A DNA stretch of 62,999 bases, counting the filler, from Corallochytrium limacisporum Hawaii (taxonomy: Eukaryota > Protista > Pluriformea), in NCBI GenBank assembly GCA_002811645.1. It is 5 parts of 5 records of this genome, joined end to end, with 100 filler letters (N's around TTAATTAATTAA, not from the genome) between each part and the next. Parts side by side here need not be neighbours in the genome. Positions count along the whole stretch, not along the records: positions 25,636 to 51,798 come from PDIP01000022.1; 4 more parts are not named here. The stretch is one strand, 5' to 3'. Positions 34,579-46,478 of the stretch are shown here, piece by piece. Below the pieces are notes generated by a model, which saw only the letters and a list, made by a program, of their open reading frames with translations, was not told the origin of the DNA and searched no databases. Made by a program: the position numbers and the translations under genes. Numbering within the stretch: position 1 is the stretch's first letter; each line of letters starts with the position of its first letter.

Positions 34579-35827
34579 AGATTTCTTCCGATTTGTCCTG
34601 TGATCCTTATACATCTGAATCCCATTTTTCTTGTACACGATACATGTAACGTCAACAGTGAACAGTGAGGTGGAGGATACAATACCCAAGGGCCTTCGGA
34701 GGGGGTTCCCCCTCTGCTGAAACGTCTAAAGGGAAACCGCAAAAGGCGGCCCCGATCCAGTCAATCTTCCATTCTTCTGGTGGTACGCTTGTTATAATCA
34801 AGTTATTGCACACTGAAAAGGAGGTCCCCGAGCGAGGGACCAGCAGGGGAAAGTCAATGTCATCCTTGACTCACAAAGCCAGATCAAGGAGAAACCCTCG
34901 AGTGCAGCAGAGGGACATTCTATGGAGACCACGGTCCCTGTCAGGTGAAAATCCAGCATAGCACGGTAGCAGTCTTGGACAGAGTGACCAAGGGCAGAGT
35001 ACGTGGAGTGTTTCGGTAACGGAGACGGCCGGCCGTGCAGTGGAGTGACTACTCCAAAAGGCAAACATTGAAACCTACGTTTTCGAGTGGAGGTAATAGT
35101 TTCGCAGAAGAATGGACAATCATAGCCCCCAAATCTGCATCGCATACAACAGCTCATACCCAAGTGTGTCTTTATCTAGTGATCGGAAGAATTTGGTGTC
35201 AGCTGCACCCCGTGCTCCAAATTATGAGCTATTAATGCCAAATTCGTTGAAAATTCGAACGGAGATGGAAGTTTTTTCCTTGGTTTGACCGTGGAACTGT
35301 GTAGAAATCGTACACAACAAAACTTTCTGAAAAGCTTCGTCTCACAGACGAAAGAAGAAGTCTGTAGACACGGCATATGCTATAATACAGTGACAGTCTG
35401 CTCCAAGGGGGAACAGACAGCTTTTTGGCGTCCATTCGGGTGCAGTAAGTAAAGCCCCAGGATCTCAAAAACACCTATGCCGCTGAACCGCAGCATTACA
35501 AGTCCAATTAATACAAGTGCTGACCTAAACATGACATGCGGCTGCCACCCAATCCAACATGGCTCCGCCATGAAGCTCTCATCCTTAGTGGAAAACTAAA
35601 CGTGGGCATCGAGTGCAAGTCTTATCCCTATCCTTATGCCTCCCTTTACACCACATGCAGACCAGTTCTACGGAGAAACGATGTGTGCCTCCTAGTGTGT
35701 GCACTCTCATGTCACATGACTGAAAGAATCCAGGTATTTAAGCCGGCTTGAAAATAACCTTCATCCATCCGCTGGGACACTGTCATGCCTGTGGCCAAAA
35801 TATCACTTAACTGAATACAAGTCAACT

Positions 35828-36787
35828 ATGCTCACAGATAACCCGTTGGACGATACTCGCAAAGCTCTGGCAGAGCGCCGTGAGGCTGCCTACAAAGATC
35901 TTCCGTGGACTGCTTTTTTCGTAAGTTGGATCAAGTCCACTGAGGATCCCATTCACAAGATCTTCTTCAAAGACAATGATATGAGGGAAGACGCTGAGAG
36001 AGTTTGTGGAGGTCACGTTCACATATGGCCCACCCTGAGAGGCCATTTTTTTGACAAGATTGTTCGGGACAGTGTAGGGGGAGAGAACGGTCTTCACGAT
36101 AAAGGCTATAAGGTTGCTACTCAAATCGTAAATTTGGGTGCTGGTTTAGACACGCGGTCCATTCGAATGGCTGAGATTCAAACCAAGAATGGCGTGAAAG
36201 CTCCCCGCTACTTTGAAGTGGATCGGGAAGTCATTGCAGACTACAAAACAATGTGCTATGACCTCGAGGGCTATAATCATGACAACTGTGTCATCACTGG
36301 CGGGGACTACGTCACTGGGTTCGACGACATATTCCGCCATTTTGAAAATAATGGTCTGCAACGGGATACGCCAACCGTAGTCATTTGGGAAGGAAATATC
36401 AACTACCTAACAACCGCAGATCTCCACCAAACCATCGTCAGGCTCTGCAAATTCTTTCAGAACACCACTCTCTACATCGCTTTCGATTGCGCCCCTCCGC
36501 ACATGACCGATGGAAGACATCGAGAGTTTGTCAAGGAGGAGCTCGCTCTCGTATGTCTCCTCGATAAATGGCACGAGTTGGGACTCCCGCCACTGGCAAA
36601 CTATATCGACGTGGAAGAAGAAATTGTGAACCCGCCGAGAAAGATGTTCTCTGCAGAGGGTATAAACGGAACCCTGACTTTCGTGAGCAACGAACCGGTG
36701 AAACAGTATGCGGATCCGTCAAAGTACCCTGATGTCAATAACGATGCTAATCTATACCGAATGATTAGCCTTATCTACGAGGCCTGA
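35828..36787 (+). CDS. Class I SAM-dependent methyltransferase, LCM (leucine carboxyl methyltransferase)-like, bacterial-type
   Basis: 319 aa. TAF, R..FFD, QIVNLGAGLDTR (motif I), YFEVD, GDY, PTVVIWEGNINYL. Confidence 0.88.
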   Translation: MLTDNPLDDTRKALAERREAAYKDLPWTAFFVSWIKSTEDPIHKIFFKDNDMREDAERVCGGHVHIWPTLRGHFFDKIVRDSVGGENGLHDKGYKVATQIVNLGAGLDTRSIRMAEIQTKNGVKAPRYFEVDREVIADYKTMCYDLEGYNHDNCVITGGDYVTGFDDIFRHFENNGLQRDTPTVVIWEGNINYLTTADLHQTIVRLCKFFQNTTLYIAFDCAPPHMTDGRHREFVKEELALVCLLDKWHELGLPPLANYIDVEEEIVNPPRKMFSAEGINGTLTFVSNEPVKQYADPSKYPDVNNDANLYRMISLIYEA

Positions 36788-37206
36788 CGTGTGCAATTCT
36801 TAGGGAACGAGGGGGCAACAGGAGGAGGTAGTCTCCTGGGAGTCTCCCCATTGTATCAATACGATCAATACTACAATAGAACACAATTTCACCACAGCTG
36901 CAATGTAATGTAATAGAAAAAGATCGTTTTGTCAAAGTCACCATTGCCAACGCAGACTGGGCAAAGCAAAAGATACCGCCGGGTCTCACTCATCACTTGA
37001 TGCCCTACCCAAACACTGGAAAAGGACTCGAATCACGGCATCCACCGATTGCACCATGAACACATATTCACTGAGTTGGTCATGCGGTTTTTGACTGACA
37101 AGACCACGCACGGTCTGAACTACCAACGGTATCTCACTTGCGTTCACTGATTTTCGTGAAAAGGAGAATTCAATATCCTCGTGTATTCGGTTTCCGCAAA
37201 AGCGCC

Positions 37207-37809
37207 TTAGACCTGATCGATATAGTGGCACTTGCGGGCATGCTCTCCGTGGTGATTGATAACTGTATGGCGAATCTCAATGGCATAGTTACGGGTCACA
37301 TGGTTGTTGACAAGGCCGCAAGTTGCTCCGTAAGGGCAGGTTACATGGAGTTCCTGTGTCCGGGCAAAGTCAGGCATAATCATAGGACAACCAAACTCGA
37401 CGGGGCAGGTAATCGTCTCCCCCTCATGAAGTTCTTCGTCGGTTATTTTTTGAATGAGGCAAGGTCTAGTGTCGCTGCAGCCAACTGTTTCAGACTCCGG
37501 GATGTTGAAATCGCAGGTCTTGAGGTCCTTCGGGTCGGTGCAGATTTCCATACCCACACCACCATTATTGTAGTCGGGTTGAAGGTCACAGACTGCTCCA
37601 TAGGGACAAGTATAGACTGTGGTAGGATGCTGGTTGTATGAGGGAACAAGGATCTCGCAGCCCTTTTTGTGGGTGCAGTTGAAGTCCTCATAGATATGGT
37701 GTTCTTGCCTTCCACGGCGCACGATCATGCACGGAGAGGTCTGCTTGCAATCCAAGAGTTTCATGGCAGCAGCGCTACCAAAGAAAGCAAAAGCGATCAG
37801 AGAGTACAT
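37207..37809 (-). CDS. Secreted Cys-rich protein built from two tandem ~90-aa modules
   Basis: Start MYSLIAFAFFGSAAA (signal peptide). Two copies of C-x5-PC-x-I...H-x2-E...C-x4-GC...TCPYGA(V/T)C-x-L...EI. Confidence 0.85.
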   Translation of the reverse strand: MYSLIAFAFFGSAAAMKLLDCKQTSPCMIVRRGRQEHHIYEDFNCTHKKGCEILVPSYNQHPTTVYTCPYGAVCDLQPDYNNGGVGMEICTDPKDLKTCDFNIPESETVGCSDTRPCLIQKITDEELHEGETITCPVEFGCPMIMPDFARTQELHVTCPYGATCGLVNNHVTRNYAIEIRHTVINHHGEHARKCHYIDQV

Positions 37810-40800
37810 TGTTGCTGAACTGAAAATTTGGGGCTTCCTTGCCATATGTATCGGAGTCTTCAGTTTTTGATGGGTGGACAAAGTCAGTGGTCTACCACCA
37901 TCTGTAAGGTCAGTCCTTAAGTAGCCGATCAGATCTCAGTTACTATTATCCAAGATCATTCGTTTAGTCTGGGTAAGAAAAAATGGAAACGAGAGGAGAG
38001 AGTGCACTGTTTGGGTTGGTGTCACCGTTTGAAATCCTTCAACCGCCCCCACGTTCAGCCAATCAAGTCCTCATTCTGGCAAAGGGTTTCTAAGGCTCTG
38101 TTCCCGAGAATGAAGTCAAGCAATCGCCTTGTGGCCATCCTAGCATGCAGCAGTAGTGCTAGAATTGGGCAGGAAAGGAGCTACCACTCCATTCACGACA
38201 CTACGCTGCACTGTAAGTTGTCTGCATGTGTGAGTAGTGCGCATGTTCGCTCAGGCCTCTTCGAGCTTCATAGATTCACCTCCACCGCGCAGGTAAACCA
38301 CCCCTACCATTCTGTTTCTGTTTGTGATGGGCATGAATGATAAGAATACGCGCGCTTCCTCCTCCGTCCTTCCTTCCTCTGGTATCCTACGATCCAGATC
38401 GAGTAGTTTGTATTTTGGAATACTGCATCCGATACGGAAAACGAACAAACATGCGACGATCATACCCGCATACTATTGTCGCAAGCGTTCTACCCCGGTC
38501 CTTGGCCAGTATCCCTGCCATCCACAAATGCCCCCAATACTCGCTTACTACCAGCATCCAATTGAGAGGTACGTACAAGCAGAGAATCGATCGTAGACTT
38601 TCTGGGGTATTCTTAGTCGCAGGTCGGTCCCTTGCACGCTACACACATCGCACGATCACCCTTCCAGGGTCTTACAATGCTTTGGCAATGGACAGAATCC
38701 TTGATCATAGGGAATGGTAGTAAAACATAATATACTCATCCGTCAAAAAGTTGTATTGACCATTTGTGTATCGCGTATCAGTTGCTTCGTCTCTTTGCAT
38801 TCGCGTGCTTCAACGAATCGTCGCCCCACCAAGATGCAGGCCGTCCGGCCTTCGTTTCCCCTGGGCACCAGGTCCAGGGGATCATGATGGGACATTGCCA
38901 ACAGCCCTCCATCGCGCTCTGTCTCTCGCGTTTGGTTGGTTTTTTTTTTTTTTTCTTTCTTCCTTTCTTTCTTTCTTTTCTTTCTGTCTGTGTTGATTTG
39001 CTTGTCCTTCTTTCTTTGTTTGTTTCCTGCCTGTTTCTCCCCCTCTTTTCTTTCTTCCGCCCTCTCTCTCTTTCTGTGTCTCCCCACCCTCGTATCTGTG
39101 TGCCAATGTACCTAGGACCAAGGTACTAACTACTTTTTGTATTGTAAGCAAGGTGATATCCCTCCCTTCCAGTTTCATCCTTTCTACAATAGATCGTTTT
39201 CCACAGAATCCTACAGTGTGTGCAAAGACCAGCCGGATGGCATGGGGACCCGCGATCTGCTGTGAAACACTGGGGCGCAACGAGAACGATGTAGAATATG
39301 GCCGCAATCTTAAAGATCCATCTAGGCGCTTCTTGGTCCCGGTGTCAGTCTTCAGGCTTGCACGGATCATCGTCATCACGCATGTAAACCCCAGATGCGC
39401 CTTCATGTTTGGCGATACGCTGATGAATGCCAGATACGGCTTGGTCTCAAACACAGTATCTCTGGTTTGTTGAGCTGTCCACATCCATCTGCCGCCACCG
39501 AGTATCAACTCATCAAAGATGCCCTGTTGCAAACTAGTGCAGCGCAGGGAAAACATGTATGGCAAAGCCTCCATTTTCATGTCTTAGGAATGGCTGGACA
39601 GGAGTCCTATACTGGCATTTCTAGATCCTTTGGTGCCAGCTTGATTCGAAGTCTGTACTTTATTGCCGATTAGATCTCCGTGTCCCCTTCGTTTGCAGTT
39701 AAACAGAGTAAATCGATCGGCGAGCTGCTTACATGCAGCTGGCGATCCCCGGTAACCCCCGGGCACTCACCGTAACAACCCACCGATGGGTGCCCGCCTA
39801 GGGCTGAGGGAAATCCGCCTGCCTGGGGAGTCGCGGGTCCACCCTCCCGTCCCTCCCACAAAACCTCTCCATCTATTCCTTCCTTTTTGGGACATCAAAT
39901 CGAGATTTCACTTATTTTGGATATGGCCCCAGGGGAAACGCGCCTCCCCTCCGGCAGGTTTCACCCCCCCCCCCTTCTCCTGCCCATTCCCAGTACTTTC
40001 GTGTCCCCTTGGTTTTCCGATCCGGCACCACCTGGCGCACTGGGTGGTTGGTGAGTGCCCGCTCGGTAGAAACCAACCACCCACCCCTTGCCTCCTCGCC
40101 ACCAGGTACTCATAGGGCCCGAGAAAATAACCCGGGTCCAGACCAGCGCTCCCCCCGAGCATGCATGCTCACGGTGCCCCGGTGCTCAAAGCTTCCTCCA
40201 GTCTAACCAGGTCCACAAGGCACCAACGATTTATTTTTAGCACAAACAAGCGGAATTTTTTCTAGATCGTTTTTTTTAAAAGTACGCGCACCCCTCCGCA
40301 CTCACAACTTCGAAATCTATCGTGGCCAGTGCCCTACCAGGCTCTTGTCCTTGGGGGGTTTTGAATGCTTGGCTGCCAATCTGGCGATCGTTTGCAGGAC
40401 GGGTGACGAAGCAAGAGTGAACGTCTCTCGCGGAAGCCGGAAGGGAGGGGAGGGGGCGGGACATAGTGCTACGTCCGCAAATTCTACAAATCTAACGGCG
40501 TTAGCAGTATTTTTGGAACTCCATTTAGTGGTGGTGGTGGAGGTCAAATCTAAGATACTTTACTTTGATCTATCGGGCGTTTCAGTGTCAGGCAACTCCA
40601 CTTCACACCTCAAAGAAGTCACGGGAACGCGGGAACCATGTGATCTGTCGGTGCATGAGCCCCGGGGGGGGGGGCACCTATGGGTAGTCAAACACGTAGT
40701 GTTTTGCGCCTTTGTGTGTTTGGAGCAGTGCTCGAAACCAAAATGCTGCCACCGAAAAAAAGAAGGACAAGGGAACCTATACAGAATATACTGATTCTGG

Positions 40801-42275
40801 GTGCACTGTAGGGATGTGGGTGATCCTGGTGTCATGTGTAGCCCACTCGGCGGTGCAAATATTCTTTCCCTGCTATACTATCGCTTTTCTCCTCGCGCAG
40901 GCCGAACGATTTCGCGGAGGCGGCTGTCTTTTGTCCCGAAATCTCGCTGTGTCTCCAAAGCGATACTTTGTACCAACCATATTGCCCTCTGATTTCGCAC
41001 AAAGGTTGAGGCAGTGCTCTAGGTGGAACCTGGTGGGCGGAACCGGCAGTGTGTGGATAGCATAAACGACCAGGGGTGGGATTCACGTGTTCGCCTGGCT
41101 ATGTTCACCTTCCCATAATAAATATACTACACATCGCTCTACATCTGGCGGCGAATCAAGCATTTTCATCGCCGCCGGAGCAGGTGGTGTTCTGGATAAG
41201 ACCCCAAGTCCCCCGGGGGGGGGGGGTTCGGCCCTTCAGGCGCTTAAGTTCCACACGCTCGCTGGGCCCGTCTTCGCCTGGGGCCCCAGCACTCTGTCCT
41301 CTGCGCACGGTCCCACCAAGGAAGACGAACTAGGGAGAGAGTCACTCATTCAATTTCTCTCTGGGCCGGTGGATCCGCTCCCCCTTGACTGCTATTTTCA
41401 AGGGAAACTTATTTTTTTTTCCTGTGTCTCCGTCGGTACTGAAAGTACCCGGCCTCCCTACCTCGTCCAAAAATAGAACAGGGAGCAGCGGAACCGGGCC
41501 TTCCCCAGCCAACCTTTTTAAAAACCCCTAAAACACACACACACACAGCCACAGGGGGGAAGGGGAGGGGTAGAATCCCCAAGCCAACCAACACCGGAAA
41601 ACACCGTGTTGGAAGCACCCCAAGCGCGGACCGGAAGGGGTTAGGCCAGGCACCTAGGTGCAACCAAGGGGAGCGGGAGAGAGGAGGCGCCGGGCCGTTT
41701 GAGATATGAGGGTTTGATAAAAATTTGCCGCAGACCTTGATTACCACCGCAAGAGACACTCAGCCCTGCTGTCAATTTCATTCACTCGGCTCGGCAGTTG
41801 CACATTTCGCTCCGTTTCGCGAGTACCCGTGCACCAAATCCTACCAAATTAGGAGAGCACAGGACCTATGCAAGCAACACGTCCACAGAACAAAGAAGCG
41901 CCAACTCACATGTCTTCACGGTCAAGCACTCAGGACAGATGCACCACAGAAAACTCTCGCTCTTCATCGGACCCTTAGGGCGGCATGCGCGCGACATTCA
42001 TTGCAGGTGCAGAAAGTACTGAATGAATGCACACTGTGGGCACTAGATTTGCAACCGCACCATCACCGCCTCCAATCTCTTCCCCTTTTTATTCCACTTT
42101 GTCTCGTGTTGCTGAAACTCTCTACGCTTCCATCTCTCCCTGTCCCTAAATACTTTGCTTGCCCTTTTAAAACCTTTCTGTTTCCACCCCGTGTCCGGTC
42201 GCTTTCAGGTGGTATATTGGCTGGGGCCCATCAACACCGTGCTGCGCGGTCAGCGTGAATTACACCCCCCCCGGG

Positions 42276-42439
42276 GGGGGGGGTATGGCTGGGGTGGTCA
42301 AAGGAAGAGCGGCAGCAAAGGAGAGAGAGAGAGAACACGGGGTACGAGGGGGTGATGGGGGGGGTATGGCTGGGGTGGTCAAAGGAAGAGCGGCAGCAAA
42401 GGAGAGAGAGAGAGAACACGGGGTACGAGGGGGTGATGG
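42276..42439. repeat. Perfect 81-bp tandem duplication upstream of ACOX
   Basis: G8-TATGGCTGGGGTGGTCAAAGGAAGAGCGGCAGCAAAG(GA)nACACGGGGTACGAGGGGGTGAT repeated with period 81. Confidence 0.9.
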
Positions 42440-42868
42440 TGGTATTGACCAAGAGAGGTAAGAAGGATCCAAGCAGCGATGGTTAAGAAACTACGGAGAA
42501 GCCCCAAGACACACGTTTTTTTCCTTCCTTCATTTCTTGCAGCTGATCTCCCGCTCAGTGGGTGAATTGTTTTGCGGGCCCAAACTGGCCTGCAGAAGGC
42601 GACGGATTGGAAGCAAAAGTCATGATTCTGAGTCCCTGTGAGAGACTTAACCGCTGGGAAATAGCTCCGCACCGACAGCGACGATGGATAGAAGTGATAG
42701 ACAATGGTTAGTTTTTTGGGGCCTGGCTACTGAGAATCAAAAGAATGAAATTGAAATGCATTTGGTATTTCAGAATATGGTTTCCCTCTATGCCTCCAAA
42801 AGTTGTGGAGAGGAGAGAGAGATTTGGATAGTGACAAAGGGAAATCTTTCACATTAGATTCTTTAAAT

Positions 42869-44947
42869 ATGAACTACGTGAACACCGGAAAGCGCATGAA
42901 TGCGGGCTTCGGTGGTGTGCAGGGCAACCAGACTGCCCTCCACTACGCTGAGGAGGGTGTGCCCGAGGGCACCAAGTCTCTGGAGCAGGAGCGTGCCAAT
43001 GCAACCTTCGACCCCAAGAAGATGACCACTCTTCTCGACGGTGGCGCAAAGAAGACTAAGATTCGCAAGGAAGTCCAAAAGATCTTCGAGGAGAACAAGG
43101 AGCTGCACTACTACTCCAAGGCTGACATGACTGTCACAGAGAAGCGTGAGGCTAGCATTAAGACCATTAAGGCCCTGCGTGAGGCCGTGCCCCCAATGCC
43201 CGACTACATTGAAGCCAGCACCCGCATTCTGGCCCTGTACAGCCCAGGCACCATGACCCGCATCGGTGTGCACTTCGGTCTCTTCGGCGCCACTGTGATC
43301 AACCAGGGTGACGAAGAGCAGGTCGACCAGTGGCAGCAGGACATTCTGACCGTCAACCGCTTTGGTTGCTTCGCCATGACCGAACTGGGCTGGGGATCCA
43401 ACGTCCAGGGCCAGAACACCACTGCCACCTACGACTCCAAGACCCAGGAGTTCGTTATTCACACTCCTAGCCTGAAGGCCACCAAGTGGTGGATCGGAGG
43501 TGCTGCCCATACTGCCCTGTACTGCGTCTGCTTTGCCCGCCTGCTGACCCAGGGACAGGACTACGGTATGCACCCGTTCATTGTACCCCTGCGTTCTGAG
43601 GACACCGGCGACCTTCTGCCCGGTATTTTCATCGGCGATTGCGGTGCCAAGATGGGTCGGGATGAAATTGACAACGGCTGGATCCAGTTCAACCAGGTAC
43701 GCATTCCTCGCACTAATATGCTCATGAAGTGGAGTCAGGTCAAGGAGGACGGTACCTACGTGCCCCCACCCAAGAAGGAGCTCGCTTACGGTGCCCTGAC
43801 CGGTGGCCGTGTCGAAATTACCCTGCAGTCTGCTCTGACTATGCAGGCTGCTCTGACCATTGCCGTGCGCTACAGTTGTGTCCGCCGCCAGTTTAAGGAA
43901 GAGGACGGCGACGCCCAGGAGATGAAGATCATGGACTACCAAACCCACCAGCGCAAGCTCATGCCTCTGCTGGCCCAGGCCTATGGCTACCACTTTGCCG
44001 GCATGCGTCTGCGTGAGCTGGAGCGCGAGGTGCAGGAGGATATTCGCGAGCGCCGGGACGTCAGCCGCGTGGCAGATTTGCACGCCGCCAGTGCCGGTCT
44101 GAAGGCTTTCTCCACGTGGAACACTTTGACCGCCATTGAGACCTGCCGTCAGTGCCTCGGTGGCCACGGTTACTCCAAGTACACCGTTCTCAGCGACCTC
44201 TACGCGGATCATGCCGTGAACTGCACCTGGGAGGGTGACAACACTGTGCTGACCCTGCAGTCTGCCCGCTATCTGCTGTCCACCATGGCCAAGGCCCGCG
44301 CCGGTGAACAAGTTAGTGGGTACGCCTCGTACCTCGCCACCGCAGCCAAGGGTGAAGGCAAGCTGGCTGGCAAGAAGATCGACCTCCGGGACCCCGCCAT
44401 CCAGGCTAGGATTCTGCAGCACCGCGTAGCCACCCTGGTGCAGAGCGTTGAGAAGGACATTGCCATGGACCAGAAGGCAGGCATGAGCGCCAAGGCCGCC
44501 TGGAACGCCAACAACGAGGATCTGCTCGGCTGTGCCCGTGCCCACAATGACTTTGTGGTATACCGTGCCTTTGACGAGTTCATTCAGTCCCGTAAGGCCA
44601 AGACCGACGCTGCTGTCATTGCCCAGCTCATCGATCTGCGTGACATGTTCTTCTTGACCCTTATCTGCGAGAACAGTGGCCAGCTCCTCACCGACGGATT
44701 CGTTGATGGTGAACAGATGGCCGAGGCCCACGAATTGTTCCGCGCCCACAGCCGCCACGTGCGCCAAAACGCCGTGCCTCTGGTCGACTCCTTCGACTTC
44801 GAGGACTGGATGATCCGTTCTCCATTCGGTCGCTACGATGGTAACATCTACGAGTACTACTTCCAGCGCGTCAACGAGGCCCCCGGTGCCACCGGCAAGG
44901 CACCGTACTACGACAGCCTGGTCGCTCCTATGTTGTCTAAGCTTTAG
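42869..44947 (+). CDS. ACOX: Peroxisomal acyl-CoA oxidase
   Basis: GVHFGLF, GCFAMTELGWGSNV, TTATYD...EFVIHTP, KWWIGG, IDNGWIQF, CRQCLGGHGY, CTWEGDNTVL, GRYDGNIY; C-terminal PTS1 SKL. Confidence 0.97.
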   Translation: MNYVNTGKRMNAGFGGVQGNQTALHYAEEGVPEGTKSLEQERANATFDPKKMTTLLDGGAKKTKIRKEVQKIFEENKELHYYSKADMTVTEKREASIKTIKALREAVPPMPDYIEASTRILALYSPGTMTRIGVHFGLFGATVINQGDEEQVDQWQQDILTVNRFGCFAMTELGWGSNVQGQNTTATYDSKTQEFVIHTPSLKATKWWIGGAAHTALYCVCFARLLTQGQDYGMHPFIVPLRSEDTGDLLPGIFIGDCGAKMGRDEIDNGWIQFNQVRIPRTNMLMKWSQVKEDGTYVPPPKKELAYGALTGGRVEITLQSALTMQAALTIAVRYSCVRRQFKEEDGDAQEMKIMDYQTHQRKLMPLLAQAYGYHFAGMRLRELEREVQEDIRERRDVSRVADLHAASAGLKAFSTWNTLTAIETCRQCLGGHGYSKYTVLSDLYADHAVNCTWEGDNTVLTLQSARYLLSTMAKARAGEQVSGYASYLATAAKGEGKLAGKKIDLRDPAIQARILQHRVATLVQSVEKDIAMDQKAGMSAKAAWNANNEDLLGCARAHNDFVVYRAFDEFIQSRKAKTDAAVIAQLIDLRDMFFLTLICENSGQLLTDGFVDGEQMAEAHELFRAHSRHVRQNAVPLVDSFDFEDWMIRSPFGRYDGNIYEYYFQRVNEAPGATGKAPYYDSLVAPMLSKL

Positions 44948-45200
44948 AGCACTCCTGGAGAGAACTGTAGTGGGCTGCCACAGAGCTTTCGAACCCCAGT
45001 CATCACACAAATTTTGTCATTTCGCACTCTCACACATAAACTTACCTATCCACACTATCCATACAAACTACCAGCACAATAACTTGATGTCTACGTTTAT
45101 TGAAACAATATCCGACGGTAGAAATTCAAAAACTTCAAGTGCACACTCCTATGACTACAGTGGTATCTCAGGTGATGCATTGCGATTTTAACTCTCAGCG

Positions 45201-46478
45201 CTAGCCCGCGATCTTCCGGAGTCTGGCGATCATCTCCTGACTGCGATCAAAGGCCTCGCGCAGACGGTCACCAAAGAATTCTTTGCCCCGCAAAAACTGT
45301 GCCGCATAACCACGCTCGTCTTCGTTTTGGATCAGCGCAGCCCATTCTTTGGCAGCGATTACGAACTCAAGGTCATCACCACGAATACGCTTGTCGCTAA
45401 GGGCGCATTCAATGGTCTCCTCAAGCATCTCGGGGTTCGTGTAGAGATACTGCGCAATGCCGAGTCGCAGACGAAAGAGTGGCGTCTGGCATAGCAGGTG
45501 CTCTATGGGTGCCAGTCCGAGTTGATACCAACAGTCGACCATGGCCAGCAGGGACAGATGAGAGTTTGGTTTGCGCCTCTCTGCGGGAATGACGCCCAGA
45601 CCGTACTCGTTCAAAACGTTGTCCGGCAGCAGAACAAGATCCTTGTTCCGCCCGCCAAACACGGCCTCCCCGGCTTTCTTAACCCTCTGAGTGAAAGCTT
45701 CCCTTTCCTCTTGGATCATCATTTTATACAGCTCAGTAGCGCTTTGCGCGTACTGGTACGCCTGCAATTTGGCCGCTGGGTTCTGCAGTGCCAATCCGGC
45801 ATAGACGTGCCATTTCGACGCAAAGATGCGCATCGTTAGCAGGACCTTGACGTTGTCAATGCCACCAACGTAGCTCTGGTCCTCCCAAGGGAAGAATTTG
45901 CAGTTCCGCCATGCCGTTCCCATGGATTCGAAGGCCAGATGCGTAGCAGCCTGCGTGTCGGCGGTGATGCGGTCGTGTTCTTCGGCACTCATTTCTACCA
46001 TGCGACTGCCAAGACAGGAAAAGACTTTCTGGGCGCGAGCATAGGCCTCGTCTGAGGCCCGGTGTCGGATCACGATCATTGTTTCCGTCTTGGGGTCGAC
46101 CGTAGGTCCGTGTAGTGAATGACACGTCACAATATGTGTATCGTCTGGCAGGAACTTCTCAAAGGCGGCTATCTCCGGGGCCTTGACACTGGTCTGGCCA
46201 GCAATAATCGCTCCCGGTTTTGAGGCGCGGCCATACTCCTCGACGAGGCGACCAATGTTCGTGGTCTCCACGCTGTAGATCACCAAGTCACTGCGCCGAC
46301 TTACACTATAGCCATCCTGGTGAACGATGACATTTGCCTGGCCTTCGTAGTCCTTCCGTAGTTTAGCCTCGACGTCCGGATCGGGCCGATCGCACACGTT
46401 CAGGGTGTAACCAGCTGAGCCTATGTATTTGGTATACATGCGACCCATGTCGCCCATGCCTATGATGCCGATTTCCAT
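45201..46478 (-). CDS. TYR1: Prephenate dehydrogenase, fungal Tyr1 type
   Basis: IGIIGMGDMG Rossmann motif, GQTSVKAPEI, CHSLHGP, HDRITADTQAATH, KWHVYAGLA, NSHLSLLAMVDCW. Confidence 0.95.
   Translation of the reverse strand: MEIGIIGMGDMGRMYTKYIGSAGYTLNVCDRPDPDVEAKLRKDYEGQANVIVHQDGYSVSRRSDLVIYSVETTNIGRLVEEYGRASKPGAIIAGQTSVKAPEIAAFEKFLPDDTHIVTCHSLHGPTVDPKTETMIVIRHRASDEAYARAQKVFSCLGSRMVEMSAEEHDRITADTQAATHLAFESMGTAWRNCKFFPWEDQSYVGGIDNVKVLLTMRIFASKWHVYAGLALQNPAAKLQAYQYAQSATELYKMMIQEEREAFTQRVKKAGEAVFGGRNKDLVLLPDNVLNEYGLGVIPAERRKPNSHLSLLAMVDCWYQLGLAPIEHLLCQTPLFRLRLGIAQYLYTNPEMLEETIECALSDKRIRGDDLEFVIAAKEWAALIQNEDERGYAAQFLRGKEFFGDRLREAFDRSQEMIARLRKIAG

Noticed and set aside
42863-45010. 715-aa antisense ORF over ACOX (also antisense ORFs over MET17, ZIP and 6750-7343)
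   Set aside because: Shadow frames caused by strong codon bias or repeats in the real gene; no independent motifs.
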